64,000 nucleotides of DNA, taken from the IMG/VR virus record IMGVR_UViG_3300044726_000026, positions 464 through 64,463 of that record. One strand, 5' to 3'. Made by a program: the position numbers and the translations under genes. The stretch comes from a virus (taxonomy: Duplodnaviria > Caudoviricetes). Position 1 is the first letter of the stretch, and each line of letters opens with the position of its first letter. Shown piece by piece: positions 1-9,746 of this stretch. The notes under the pieces were generated by a model. The model had not been told where the DNA came from. It ran no database searches and saw nothing but the letters and a program-made list of their open reading frames with translations.

Positions 1-2519
1 CATGTTGCACGGTCCCCGGCACGCCAATCCGGCTCCAAAAACCGCATAACCGCGCCGATGTGCTGCGCGGCGCGCTGGTCGTACTTGGTCGGATCGCGGC
101 CTAGAGCGCGTTCCCAGAGTTCTTTGGCGCAGGTGTAGGTGCGGAGTACAAGGTTGTCGTCGTCCTCGAATTTCGCATCGGCGTCCTCGGCATCGGTCCA
201 GCCGGATTTGGAACAGGCGACCGGCACGGGTGCATCAAGCCACGTCTGTACCGTGCCCGCGTCGGCCTCGGCGGCGTTCTCGATCAGGTGTCGAGCCTGA
301 GTGGTCGTGTGTTCCGTCTCTGCCGCGTCGGTCAGGTGCAGCGGCAGGAGGCCGGTGTTGCTCTCGCGTGCGAGGCGGCGGTATTCGGCCACGGCTTCGG
401 CGAAGAGTTGATCGCGATGCTCGGCCAGCCAATCCACGTCGATCTGCTGCTCGCCGCACTGGATCGGCCAGATGCGACGGTGCTTGCCGCGCAGGAAGTT
501 GGTGTCGTTGGTCGTGCCGATCATAATGAACTGGCGCGGTATGCGCTGGGGATCTGGCCGATACGACAGGCGAACGGTATCCACGGTCCCCGACAGCATG
601 GCCTTGATCGCCTCATCGTCCTGTGCGCGGCGAAAGTGCGTCATTTCGCTGTTTTCCACGAACCAAAAGCCCAAAGTGGCCTCGACGAACCTCTTTTTGT
701 CATCAAAATGACCTTCGGTTTCACCCGACCAGCGAGCCGATCCCCAGATCATTACGAAAGTGGACTTACGCAAGCCCTGTGGGCCGACCAGAACCGGCAT
801 GAAATCGAACTTCACCCCCGGCTCATAGATGCGCGCGACAGCGGCTAGCATGGTGTTTCGCGAGGTCTGTCGGTAATAGGACGTATCCTGGGTATGACAG
901 CCTTGTATCCAGACGGTATCAATGCGCGATACTCCATCCCAGGTGAGGCTATCGAGGTAATCTCGTACCGGATGAAACTTGTTTTCACCGCAAACGATAG
1001 AAACGGCTTCGCGAACGTCACGTTGGGCGACCTGAAGACCCCATCCGGTCTTTTTCGGGCCGCGCGGTGCGCTCAATATCTGTCGGATTGCCCCGAAATG
1101 TATGGCTTCGATCATTAGTTCGGTCTGACCGCGTGGAATGCGGTGATTTATGCGAAGTGACTTCGAGCGGAGCGGCTTGACGAGGCAGTCCATGTGGGAG
1201 AACTCGTTGTGGCCGAACCGACCGGCGAAGCTGCGACCGTTCCGGAGGATCAGGATGATGTTGGCGATGGTATTCTTGATAATCCCGTCGGCGTTCAGGT
1301 CGAGGCCGTCCATCCAGCCGCGAGGATCGGACAGGTCGTCGTCATCCTCCACGGAAGTAACTTCCACGCCAGCCTCTTCGTCAGTGACATCGAAGCTGTC
1401 GTCGATATCGGCTTGTGAAAGCCCGTAATGGCTATCGCGCAACACCCGCATGAACTCTTCGTTCTCGCGAAGCATCTCGACCATGGCCTTGAAGGCGGGC
1501 ATCTTGCGTGGATCGTCACCGATCTCGCGTGTCCCGTTCAGATGGCCGAACAGGTGGGTCATGGTCATGTCCCACGAGTTGAAGTTCTGGTCCGATAGAG
1601 GGTCGGACGAGTGGTGGGAGTGGGCTTTATGCCCGCCGTCATAGACGACCATACCGTTCGAGCCGGTGCCTTTGGTATAGGTATAGCGGGCCGGTATGCC
1701 ATTAGGCCCCATCTCACCCGGCACGTAGGGCAGATCGAACTCAATTATGGCCTGATGAATGTCCCAAAGATTACAGAAAGCCCCGACGTGACCACGCTTG
1801 GTCAGAGGGTCCGCGCTGCGCGCTACGTCCGCGCGTAGGCGGTCCTGCTCGCGCTCAGAGCGCGGCAGGTTACGGAAATCAGACCAGTCACCCCACGCCG
1901 AGGCCCAATTCGAGAGGATGCGATCTACGTCGAGCATCGGGCCTTGATGGTGGATGAATACCGGCTCGATATCCGCGCAATGGGACGGCCAGTACATGTA
2001 TTGGGAGGGCTTGAAGGAGACGGGATCGACCATACGCATGTCGGGATCAATGGCTTCCGCGAGTATGCGCGACAGAGGATTGAACCGATCCTCTGGAAGT
2101 AACTTCGGCAGGGGGATCACCAGCCGGAGTTTGACGGCTCCTTTCCCGTGCGTGCGGGTGGAATAGGCGAGGTATTCACACGCCCCGACCCCGCTGGTGC
2201 CGTCGCGAAGGTCGTTTATCAGGGCATTACTGCCCTGGTCGATATCGAAGGTGAGTAGTTGTCTTGGTCGGGCGTTGATCTTGTGGCGGATACCGCCCTT
2301 GAACTGCGCGCCGACAAAGTAGCCGTTGTTTTTGCGGAGGGCTTGCCAGTCTTTCGACTTGCTGGTAAATTCTGCTAACGTGAGAGGGTCGGCATCGGAC
2401 AGCTTGGCTCGCTCACGAAATTCCAGCCATGTCCAAACCATATTTTTGACGTAGCGTTGGGACTTGCCCTCGCTGATAGCGAAGCGCAGCAATAGGCGGT
2501 CGTTCACTGTCGCTAGCAT
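1..2519 (-). CDS. primase/helicase with C-terminal VapE/VirE-like P-loop ATPase domain (3' end outside the window)
   Basis: Not in the ORF track, apparently because it has no stop in the window. Manual translation from ATG at 2519 gives MLATVNDRLLLRFAISEGK...LLTFDID (prim-pol-like), Walker A VGPQGLRKST, and RQFIMIGTTNDTNFLRGKHRRIWPI typical of VapE/VirE. Divergent from the replication block. Confidence 0.85.
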   Translation of the reverse strand, partial: MLATVNDRLLLRFAISEGKSQRYVKNMVWTWLEFRERAKLSDADPLTLAEFTSKSKDWQALRKNNGYFVGAQFKGGIRHKINARPRQLLTFDIDQGSNALINDLRDGTSGVGACEYLAYSTRTHGKGAVKLRLVIPLPKLLPEDRFNPLSRILAEAIDPDMRMVDPVSFKPSQYMYWPSHCADIEPVFIHHQGPMLDVDRILSNWASAWGDWSDFRNLPRSEREQDRLRADVARSADPLTKRGHVGAFCNLWDIHQAIIEFDLPYVPGEMGPNGIPARYTYTKGTGSNGMVVYDGGHKAHSHHSSDPLSDQNFNSWDMTMTHLFGHLNGTREIGDDPRKMPAFKAMVEMLRENEEFMRVLRDSHYGLSQADIDDSFDVTDEEAGVEVTSVEDDDDLSDPRGWMDGLDLNADGIIKNTIANIILILRNGRSFAGRFGHNEFSHMDCLVKPLRSKSLRINHRIPRGQTELMIEAIHFGAIRQILSAPRGPKKTGWGLQVAQRDVREAVSIVCGENKFHPVRDYLDSLTWDGVSRIDTVWIQGCHTQDTSYYRQTSRNTMLAAVARIYEPGVKFDFMPVLVGPQGLRKSTFVMIWGSARWSGETEGHFDDKKRFVEATLGFWFVENSEMTHFRRAQDDEAIKAMLSGTVDTVRLSYRPDPQRIPRQFIMIGTTNDTNFLRGKHRRIWPIQCGEQQIDVDWLAEHRDQLFAEAVAEYRRLARESNTGLLPLHLTDAAETEHTTTQARHLIENAAEADAGTVQTWLDAPVPVACSKSGWTDAEDADAKFEDDDNLVLRTYTCAKELWERALGRDPTKYDQRAAQHIGAVMRFLEPDWRAGDRAT

Positions 2520-2587
2520 GGGTTCACCTATTGGATGTTTCGACGCTGGGTTCGGTCCAGTTCAGGCTGGACTAAATTTAGTCCGAT

Positions 2588-2617
2588 TTGACAATTCGGA
2601 ACCGTGAAGCATATACT
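2588..2617 (+). promoter_or_regulatory. sigma70-like promoter for the replication operon
   Basis: TTGACA-N18-TATACT in the AT-richer divergent gap. Confidence 0.6.
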
Positions 2618-2674
2618 TTCAACTGCCCACGAGTCAAATTGTGAGCAAATATCCGCAGCAAAAAGGAAAGACCA

Positions 2675-3058
2675 ATGCTCGAAGATTTATTGCGTTCGCT
2701 CATCGCTGCTCTCAACGCCAATACCGAGGCGTTGGGCGGTAAGCCGACGGCGGGAAAAGATGCGGTCGCCAAGATCGCGGCGGTCGCCACCGCTGCGGCT
2801 GCGGCGGCGGCTCCCGCGAAGAAGGCAACCCCGTCCGCCGACAAGCCGACGATGGAAATGGTCAAGGCGGCACTCATGGCCGTTAAGGATGCTCACGGTC
2901 GCCCAGCGGCGATGAAGATCGTCAAGGAAGAGGGCAACGCGACCGAGATGCCGGGTATCAAGCCGCCACGCTTCGCGGCGGTCCTCGCGGCCTGTGCGGC
3001 GATCATGGAACCGGAAGACGCCGAGGAGGAAGAGGTCGCGGAAGAGGACGACCTGTAA
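2675..3058 (+). CDS. Ala-rich hypothetical protein with acidic C-terminus (Chi-like replication module)
   Basis: AAAGGAAAG RBS; position before the DUF2800 gene. Confidence 0.75.
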   Translation: MLEDLLRSLIAALNANTEALGGKPTAGKDAVAKIAAVATAAAAAAAPAKKATPSADKPTMEMVKAALMAVKDAHGRPAAMKIVKEEGNATEMPGIKPPRFAAVLAACAAIMEPEDAEEEEVAEEDDL

Positions 3059-3063
3059 GTCAC

Positions 3064-3098
3064 GGGAGCGGGGGCCGCGTTAGTGGCCCCCGTGCTCC
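3064..3098 (+). terminator. GC-rich hairpin (possible terminator or processing stem)
   Basis: GGAGCGGGGGCCGC-GTTA-GTGGCCCCCGTGCTCC; no U-tract. Confidence 0.3.
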
Positions 3099-3117
3099 AC
3101 CAGAAGGAAGTAACTTC

Positions 3118-4545
3118 GTGGCAAAACAACAAAAAACCACGCCGGAAACCCGCACCGAACAAATCAACCGCCTGATCCGCGAATATGGACTTGATCGTGC
3201 TGGACATTCGCTGTTTTCGCCCTCATCTTCAGCGGGTTGGCTGAATTGCAAGGGGTTCTTGCTGGCCAACGCCAAGAAGGGCGATATGGCTGGGTACGAT
3301 GCGGCCTATGGGACGGTCGGGCACGCGATAGCGGCGGAATGGCTGTTGGTCATACGCGAGTCGGGTAAGACGGTAGCCGAGACGGTCCCAGACAAGTATC
3401 TCGGCAGGGTCATCGAAGAGCGCGGCTTTACTGTCGAGGTCGATGACACGATGCTGATGCACATCAGGCGGTATATCGACTGGTGTGAAGAGGTCGAATT
3501 ACTAGGCGATGTCTTCATCGAGCATCGCGTTGACTACTCCGAATACATGCCGATCCCCAATCAGGGCGGTACCGCCGACCATTTCGTCTGCATATACCCT
3601 ACCGCCACCACTCCTGGCACGCTCATCATCACGGATCTGAAGATGGGTATGCTGCGTGTTGACGTGGACGAGAACAGTCAGGCGCTCCTGTATGCGTTGG
3701 GCGTCTATCTGGAGTGGAACTGGTTCTACAAGTTCGAGAAGATCATCATCCGCATCTGTCAGCCACGCCTGGACAGCTTCCGGACGTGGGAGTGCGACAG
3801 CGCATACCTCCTGGCCTTCGGGGAGCGCGTGAGGATCGCCGCTGACGCCGCGTGGCAGGAGAATGCACCCCGGTCGCCAAGCCAGAAGGCGTGCCAGTGG
3901 TGTGCGGATGTGGCCTGTCCCGCTCGGTCGAAGCTGCTGGAAGACCTCGCGGATGACACGTTTGACGATGAGGATGTCATCAGCGGGAAGTCACTTCCAG
4001 AATACACGGCGGAAGAACTGGATGAACATGCGAACAGACCAAAGGAGGGAGGCGATATGTCGGAGATCACGCCTCGGTTCTCACACGACGTAGAGACGGC
4101 GTTGATGGTGTGGCGTTTCCGCCAGAAGGCGCTCGTGATGAAGTTCTTCGACCAGATCGAAGCCGAGTTGCTACGGCGGGCCTTGGCGGGCGAAGACCTC
4201 GTGTTCTTCAAGCCCGGTAATGGTCGGAAGACCCTGGAGTGGTTTGATCCAGACAGTGCCGCGCTGACACTGGCAGAGTGTGGCGTTCCGGAAGATAAGA
4301 TATTCGTCACGGAAGTTACTTCCCCGAGCAAGGCCAGAGATGCATTGCGAATTACGGGTATGAAGCCGAAAGAAATACAAGGCTTGTTCTACGGTGGTGA
4401 AAACCCGGATGATGGGGAGCCGGAGATGGGCCTTGTGAAAGAAAATCTGGGCAAGATCAAATTAGTCCCCGTGAGGTCCAGATCGGTTGACGTGCGTATC
4501 GCGGCGGACGAAGCGTTCGAGGACGCTACTGAGGACGAAGTGTAA
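3118..4545 (+). CDS. DUF2800 PD-(D/E)XK (Cas4/RecB-like) exonuclease
   Basis: HSLFSPSSSAGWLNC, YGTVGH, GGTAD...IITDLKMG, QALLYALG, CQWC...CPAR. Confidence 0.85.
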   Translation: MAKQQKTTPETRTEQINRLIREYGLDRAGHSLFSPSSSAGWLNCKGFLLANAKKGDMAGYDAAYGTVGHAIAAEWLLVIRESGKTVAETVPDKYLGRVIEERGFTVEVDDTMLMHIRRYIDWCEEVELLGDVFIEHRVDYSEYMPIPNQGGTADHFVCIYPTATTPGTLIITDLKMGMLRVDVDENSQALLYALGVYLEWNWFYKFEKIIIRICQPRLDSFRTWECDSAYLLAFGERVRIAADAAWQENAPRSPSQKACQWCADVACPARSKLLEDLADDTFDDEDVISGKSLPEYTAEELDEHANRPKEGGDMSEITPRFSHDVETALMVWRFRQKALVMKFFDQIEAELLRRALAGEDLVFFKPGNGRKTLEWFDPDSAALTLAECGVPEDKIFVTEVTSPSKARDALRITGMKPKEIQGLFYGGENPDDGEPEMGLVKENLGKIKLVPVRSRSVDVRIAADEAFEDATEDEV

Positions 4546-4571
4546 ATCGTAAATCCGTAATGGAGGTTCAA

Positions 4572-5303
4572 ATGTCGGAAACCATGACGAAGAAAGCGGC
4601 CCGTTCGGTCTTGAAGAAGGTCGATGGGGTGTGCGTGGTCTACAGTGACGGCTCGATCCGTCTCGACAAGGTGCGGCTGTCCTACCCGTGGGTGGGCAAG
4701 GCGCAGAAGAACGTCAACGAACGGACAGGCGAGGAAACGTCTTCCTACAGCGTGTCCGCGATGTTGCCGAAGGAGACGCACCGTGCCGCCATGGAAGCGT
4801 GCGTCGATGCGGTCAAGGGTCTTGAGAAGCAGATGACCGCGAAGGGCAAGGGTAAAGGCGGCAAGGCGTTCAAGTACCAGACCTTGAAGAAGTTCATCAA
4901 GAACGGTGACGCGAAGGACGAGGACGGGGAGAGCCTGTTCCCCAATAACCCGGAATACGCGGGTCATTGGATCGTTAATGCCCGGTCCCCAAACCAGCCG
5001 CAGATACGCGGAGCGCAGCGTGATGTCGAAACCGGCAAGCCGGTGCGGCTGACCGCTGAACAGGCACAGAAGATGATCTACGGCGGGTGCTTTGCCACGG
5101 TCTTGATCCGGCCATGGCCGCAGGACAACGCCTATGGCATCCGTGCCAACTCTGAGTTGCTTGCGGTGCAGTGGCAGGGTAAAGGCACGCCCTTCGGCAA
5201 CGCGCATCGCCTGGACGAAGACGATATCGACGACAGCCTGGATATCGACGACAGCGACACCCTATCCGACGACGGCGGCTTCGGTTCCGACGACGAACTG
5301 TAG
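4572..5303 (+). CDS. DUF2815 ssDNA-binding/annealing protein
   Basis: VRLSYPW, IYGGC, YGIRANSELLAVQ...GTPFG, acidic tail; GGAGG RBS favours ATG at 4572. Confidence 0.85.
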   Translation: MSETMTKKAARSVLKKVDGVCVVYSDGSIRLDKVRLSYPWVGKAQKNVNERTGEETSSYSVSAMLPKETHRAAMEACVDAVKGLEKQMTAKGKGKGGKAFKYQTLKKFIKNGDAKDEDGESLFPNNPEYAGHWIVNARSPNQPQIRGAQRDVETGKPVRLTAEQAQKMIYGGCFATVLIRPWPQDNAYGIRANSELLAVQWQGKGTPFGNAHRLDEDDIDDSLDIDDSDTLSDDGGFGSDDEL

Positions 5304-5318
5304 GAAGTTACTTCCGTC

Positions 5319-7454
5319 ATGTCGCCGTTGGATGGTGGGCACGCCTACGTGCAATCCGCCGCAGGAAGACGACGGGCGAAACCTGTCGTCTGCCTGTCCC
5401 TCGACTATGAGACGTACTCCGAGGCCGAACTTGTTGGGCCTCGGAGCGTCGGCGTTTGGGAATACAGCACCCATCCGTCAACCGAAGCCCTCATGGTCGC
5501 CTATCGTCTGGGAGGTAAAGCCAATCCGGTTAAGCATGTCGATCTGACCTCTGACCTGTTCCCCAATGAACTAGAAGACGCCTTGCTCGATCCCACGGTC
5601 GAGAAGTGGGCCTTCAACGCGGCCTTTGAACGGGTCATCACCAAGAACGTCCTCCACATCCCGACACCCTACGAGGGCTGGCGTTGCACGATGGCGCTCG
5701 CCAACATGCAATCGTTCACCGGGGATCTGTTGCAGGTCGGTGTCGCGATGGGCCTCGACGGCACGAAGCTGAAGAACAAGACCGGCCAACAACTGATCCG
5801 TCTGTTCTGCGGCCCGCAGAAGGTCAGCAAGAACCGACCTCTTGCGCGCAGGACCAGCGACACGAACCCATTCGAGTGGGAAGAGTTTTGCGAGTATAAC
5901 ATTCAGGACGTGGTAGCCGAGGAAGAGATACAGGAGAAACTGATCCGGTTCGACATCCCCGAAGACGAATGGGTGATGTACGAGATCGACCAGCGGATTA
6001 ACGACATCGGGCTTCCGGTCAACCGTAAGTTCGTGGAACAGGCCCAGATCAAGTCGGATACCCGGAAGGAAGAACTGTTCTGGGAAATGCTCGATCTGAC
6101 CCAACTGACCAATCCTAACTCGACCGGGAAGTTACTTCCGTGGCTTCAGCAGCGGGGCTATCCGTTCGCCGATCTGCAAAAGGCCACGGTCACGAAGGTT
6201 CTGAACCTCGACAAACTGGAACCGATGCTGGAAGCCGAGGCCCGACAGGCGTTGCGTATCCGGCGGTTCATCAGCCAGACCAGCGTGAAGAAGTTCCCGG
6301 CCATCCTGCGTCGCCTGTCATCGGACGATCACCTACGCCACACGCTGCAATACGGCGGCGCGGCCAGGACGCTACGCTGGGCCGGTCGTGGGCCGCAGCC
6401 GCATAACCTGACCAAGACCCCGAAGATACTGGAAGCCGACGAGAACGGCGATTGGTCACGTCTGACGATAGCCGCCGATATCATCGAGAACGGCACGTAC
6501 TCCGACCTTCAAATGTACCTCAGCGAGCCGATGATCGCACTGGCGGGATCGGTGCGGTCCAGTTTTCAGGCCCACCCCGGCTACGAACTCCGGGTTTGCG
6601 ACCTGAAGGCAATCGAGAGCGCGGTCATCGCGTGGCTCGCCGGCTGTACGCGCCTGTTGGATGTGTTCGCGAACAACCGCGACCCCTATCGAGATTTCGG
6701 GGTCGAACTCTACAAGAAGCGGTATGAGGACATCACCAGTGCGGAGCGGAACATCTGCAAGCCCGCCGTGCTTGGTTGCGCCTATCAGCTAGGCGGCGGC
6801 AGGATGAAGGACGGCAAGCGTACCGGACTGTGGGGCTATGCCGAGAACATGGGCGTCAATATCACCGAGACGGAAGCGGCCCAGCACGTCAGGCTGTTCC
6901 GCGATACCTACTCGGAGATACCGCTACTGTGGGACCATCTTGACTATGCCGCACGGTCGGCGCTCGACAAGCGACCGGTGACGGTCAACGGCAAGCTACG
7001 GTTCGAACTGGACGGGCCGTACCTGACCGTCCGTCTGCCCAGCGGTCGGAAGATGTACTACTACCGTCCGAGGATCGTGACCAAAGAGTTCGAAGGGAAG
7101 GACAGGATCACCGGGGAACCAACCGTGTTTACGCGAGAAGTGCTGTCCTACATGGGCAAGAACCAGTTCTCCCACCAGTGGGGCAGGGTCTACAGCAGTC
7201 CCGGCAAGCAAGCCGAGAATGTCACCCAGGCAACGGCGCGTGAAATCCTGGCCATCGGTATCCGGCGAGCGCACGAGGTCGGGTTCAACATCGTCGGGTC
7301 GGTTCACGACGAGATCATCTGTCACCAGCGGATAGACGACGACTACTTCACGGTGGATCGGCTGCGCGAGTGCATGATAGGCGAGATCGCGTGGGCGACC
7401 GGCTTGCCTTTGGATGCGGCCGGTTACTCTCACACAATCTATCGGAAGGACTGA
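5319..7454 (+). CDS. family A DNA polymerase with 3'-5' exonuclease domain
   Basis: LDYETYS and AFNAAFER (exonuclease); DLKAIE (motif A), KPAVLGCAY (motif B), VHDE (motif C). Confidence 0.92.
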   Translation: MSPLDGGHAYVQSAAGRRRAKPVVCLSLDYETYSEAELVGPRSVGVWEYSTHPSTEALMVAYRLGGKANPVKHVDLTSDLFPNELEDALLDPTVEKWAFNAAFERVITKNVLHIPTPYEGWRCTMALANMQSFTGDLLQVGVAMGLDGTKLKNKTGQQLIRLFCGPQKVSKNRPLARRTSDTNPFEWEEFCEYNIQDVVAEEEIQEKLIRFDIPEDEWVMYEIDQRINDIGLPVNRKFVEQAQIKSDTRKEELFWEMLDLTQLTNPNSTGKLLPWLQQRGYPFADLQKATVTKVLNLDKLEPMLEAEARQALRIRRFISQTSVKKFPAILRRLSSDDHLRHTLQYGGAARTLRWAGRGPQPHNLTKTPKILEADENGDWSRLTIAADIIENGTYSDLQMYLSEPMIALAGSVRSSFQAHPGYELRVCDLKAIESAVIAWLAGCTRLLDVFANNRDPYRDFGVELYKKRYEDITSAERNICKPAVLGCAYQLGGGRMKDGKRTGLWGYAENMGVNITETEAAQHVRLFRDTYSEIPLLWDHLDYAARSALDKRPVTVNGKLRFELDGPYLTVRLPSGRKMYYYRPRIVTKEFEGKDRITGEPTVFTREVLSYMGKNQFSHQWGRVYSSPGKQAENVTQATAREILAIGIRRAHEVGFNIVGSVHDEIICHQRIDDDYFTVDRLRECMIGEIAWATGLPLDAAGYSHTIYRKD

Positions 7455-7457
7455 CCG

Positions 7458-7640
7458 ATGTGGTGGCGTGTTGATTGGTGTGAGGCAAACTCTCTTCAGC
7501 GGACGCGCAGGGAGTACATCGAGGCGGAAGACATCGGGGAAGTCTTCCGCGAGGTCGCCAAGATAACTTTTCTGTCCGACATGCACGGTTCCGCGTATGT
7601 GGATCGGGTAGCGGAACCGCCGGAAGAATATCGGAAGTAA
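7458..7640 (+). CDS. hypothetical protein
   Basis: Fills the gap between pol and MTase; its stop lies inside a palindrome copy. Confidence 0.55.
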   Translation: MWWRVDWCEANSLQRTRREYIEAEDIGEVFREVAKITFLSDMHGSAYVDRVAEPPEEYRK

Positions 7641-7645
7641 CTTCC

Positions 7646-8257
7646 ATGTCCATCATCAAATCCATCAACAGAAACGAAAGCGAGATCATCAACGGGATTT
7701 TGTCGTTGCACAACGGCGGGTTCCCGTTCGATCTCGACGTGTGCTATTCGCGGGGATCGTTCTATAAGTCTGGGGCGGTCCCCCAGCCTATCCGTCGCTT
7801 CGATATCGACCCGCAGGACTTCGACACGGAGAAAGCCTGTGTCACGGAACTGCCGGTCGAGGCCGCGTCGGTCGATAGCATCGTGTTCGATCCCCCGTTC
7901 ATGTTCAACCCGCACGGCACCGCTGCCGCCAAGAACGCGGCGGGCAAGCGGTTTACCATGTTCGCGACCTGGGAAGACCTGGAGCGGACCTACAAGCTGG
8001 CGCTGGATGAGTTCTATCGGGTGTTGCGCTATGAGGGGATCGTCGCGTTCAAGTGTCAGGATTACACCGATAGCGACACCGTGTTGACGCACTGTCACGT
8101 CTGGCAGTGGGCGCTCGCGCGAGGCTTCTACGCCAAGGATCTGATGATCCGTTATCGGGAAACCGGTCCCGCCTACAATCCTGCGCTCCGTCAGAGACAC
8201 GCCAGGAAGTTTCACAGCTATTGGTTCGTCTTCTCCAAGGAAAGGGACAGGTTATGA
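7646..8257 (+). CDS. orphan amino (N6A/N4C) DNA methyltransferase
   Basis: LDVCYSRGSF SAM-binding-like motif and VFDPPF catalytic motif. Confidence 0.75.
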   Translation: MSIIKSINRNESEIINGILSLHNGGFPFDLDVCYSRGSFYKSGAVPQPIRRFDIDPQDFDTEKACVTELPVEAASVDSIVFDPPFMFNPHGTAAAKNAAGKRFTMFATWEDLERTYKLALDEFYRVLRYEGIVAFKCQDYTDSDTVLTHCHVWQWALARGFYAKDLMIRYRETGPAYNPALRQRHARKFHSYWFVFSKERDRL

Positions 8258-8868
8258 TCGACGCGGGTATCTCTACCGGACTATCGTTCGCGGCACTTCG
8301 CGAGGCCAACCGAGAAAGGTGCCCGCTGTTCAAGAATGCCAAAGGCGAGACGGCGCACAGTGGCGCGGATTGGAACTCGGAGGATTGGATGGTCGCGATC
8401 CTGGGGGAACTCGGGGAGGCGTCCAACATCCTGAAGAAAATCCGTCGGGGCGATTTCACCGTGGAAGAGATGCACGATCCGCTGGCCCGAGAGTTCTCCG
8501 ACACGATCATCTACCTCGACCTGATGGCGATGCAGTTGGGGTTCGAAACCTACAAATACGACTTCGCCCAGCTACGGCTGTTCACGAAGAAGAACGTCCC
8601 GCCGGGACAGAGTTTGAACCAACTCATGGTCGGCGCGTTCTTTCACGCGGGCACGATGGTTGGTCATTTGAGCCTTCCTCGTGACAATGTTCGTTTCGAG
8701 GCAAGACTTGTCACAGGTATCCATTGGGTGTTATACTACGTGGATCGGTTGGCGGATTGTTGCGGGATAAATCTCGACGAAGCCGTCAAGCGAACCTTCA
8801 ACATGAAGAGCCGACAACTGGACCTCCCGCTGTTCCTGACGGACGGGGGGCCGATCCGCGAGAAGTAA
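8254..8868 (+). CDS. MazG-like nucleotide pyrophosphohydrolase
   Basis: ILGELGEASNILKK...LAREFSDTIIYL; ATGA overlap with the MTase stop. Confidence 0.75.
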   Translation: MIDAGISTGLSFAALREANRERCPLFKNAKGETAHSGADWNSEDWMVAILGELGEASNILKKIRRGDFTVEEMHDPLAREFSDTIIYLDLMAMQLGFETYKYDFAQLRLFTKKNVPPGQSLNQLMVGAFFHAGTMVGHLSLPRDNVRFEARLVTGIHWVLYYVDRLADCCGINLDEAVKRTFNMKSRQLDLPLFLTDGGPIREK

Positions 8869-8889
8869 CTTCCAAAAACGGAGAGCCAA

Positions 8890-9249
8890 GTGGCAACCAT
8901 TGACGAAATAACCAAAGAGGCGAATAAGATCGACTGGTTTCTGGTGGCGCTTTGTCAGTATGGCGGCAAAGCCCGACCGGTTTTTCGAGCCACGTTCCAA
9001 CGCCGTACGGCCAATGGAGCGACCGAGACGATATTCAATTCTTACGAGGACGCTCCCGATGCGCTTACGGCAGTATCGAATGCGTTCAAGCAATGCAAAT
9101 CCATGGCGAAGGCTTTGAACCTTCCGAAGCCGGGACACGCTTTGCCTTACGAATTGGAGAAAGCCCTGTGTATCGCGGCGGACGATAACTTGTCCGCGAG
9201 GAAAAAATCCGGTGCGCCCGGAAGAACGTATCGAAAAGGCCACCTGTAA
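8890..9249 (+). CDS. hypothetical protein
   Basis: GGAGAG RBS, GTG start. Confidence 0.6.
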   Translation: MATIDEITKEANKIDWFLVALCQYGGKARPVFRATFQRRTANGATETIFNSYEDAPDALTAVSNAFKQCKSMAKALNLPKPGHALPYELEKALCIAADDNLSARKKSGAPGRTYRKGHL

Positions 9250-9502
9250 AGAGGCCATACGAGCCGGATGGAGGACATTCAAACTGTCCTTCATCGGAAC
9301 TCGTGGTGCGCCTGATCGTATATTCGGTCGGGGCGGTCGAACTGTGCTCATTGAGTTCAAGGCTCCCGGCGAAGAGCCGACACGCCAGCAATCGAAACGT
9401 CATCGAGAACTCGTCGATGATTTTGGTTTCGAGGTGTACTGGGCCGACAACTTGGACGATGCCCGACTGATCCTTGACCTAGTGGAGCTGTCAGATGTCT
9501 AG
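9212..9502 (+). CDS. VRR-NUC domain nuclease
   Basis: E..IE, GAPDRIF, LIEFKAPG..PT..Q. Confidence 0.85.
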   Translation: MRPEERIEKATCKEAIRAGWRTFKLSFIGTRGAPDRIFGRGGRTVLIEFKAPGEEPTRQQSKRHRELVDDFGFEVYWADNLDDARLILDLVELSDV

Positions 9503-9728
9503 GGACATATTCACCATTCCCGACCTCGTGGAGCAGATCGAAACCCTAGACCCTGGGGATGCGGATTTGTACTCCGATATCCCAGGCTTCGAAGGGCGGA
9601 TCGAGCAGTGGACTGACAAGGCGATCCTCATTAAGCGGGTGTGGTTCCCGATCAGCCAACTGCGAAAATCCGAAGACGGCGATGAAATCTTCGCCTCGCT
9701 CTGGATACTGGAACAGAAAGGATACTGA
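9495..9728 (+). CDS. hypothetical protein
   Basis: Overlaps the previous stop; TDKAIL...WFPISQ. Confidence 0.6.
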   Translation: MSRDIFTIPDLVEQIETLDPGDADLYSDIPGFEGRIEQWTDKAILIKRVWFPISQLRKSEDGDEIFASLWILEQKGY

Positions 9729-9746
9729 GATGAAAGGTTTCCCCCA

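Noticed and set aside
230-2166. Plus-strand ORFs in the track (288-848, 894-1118, 1150-1428 and others)
   Set aside because: They are shadows of the long minus-strand primase/helicase ORF.
3118-4545. Cas4 as part of a CRISPR-Cas system
   Set aside because: It sits in the standard DUF2800-DUF2815-PolA replication cassette, with no cas1/cas2 or array.
5319-8868. 2-aminoadenine (Z) or other hypermodified-base pathway
   Set aside because: PolA and MazG-like genes are present, but I see no PurZ, DatZ or deazaguanine synthesis genes in the window.
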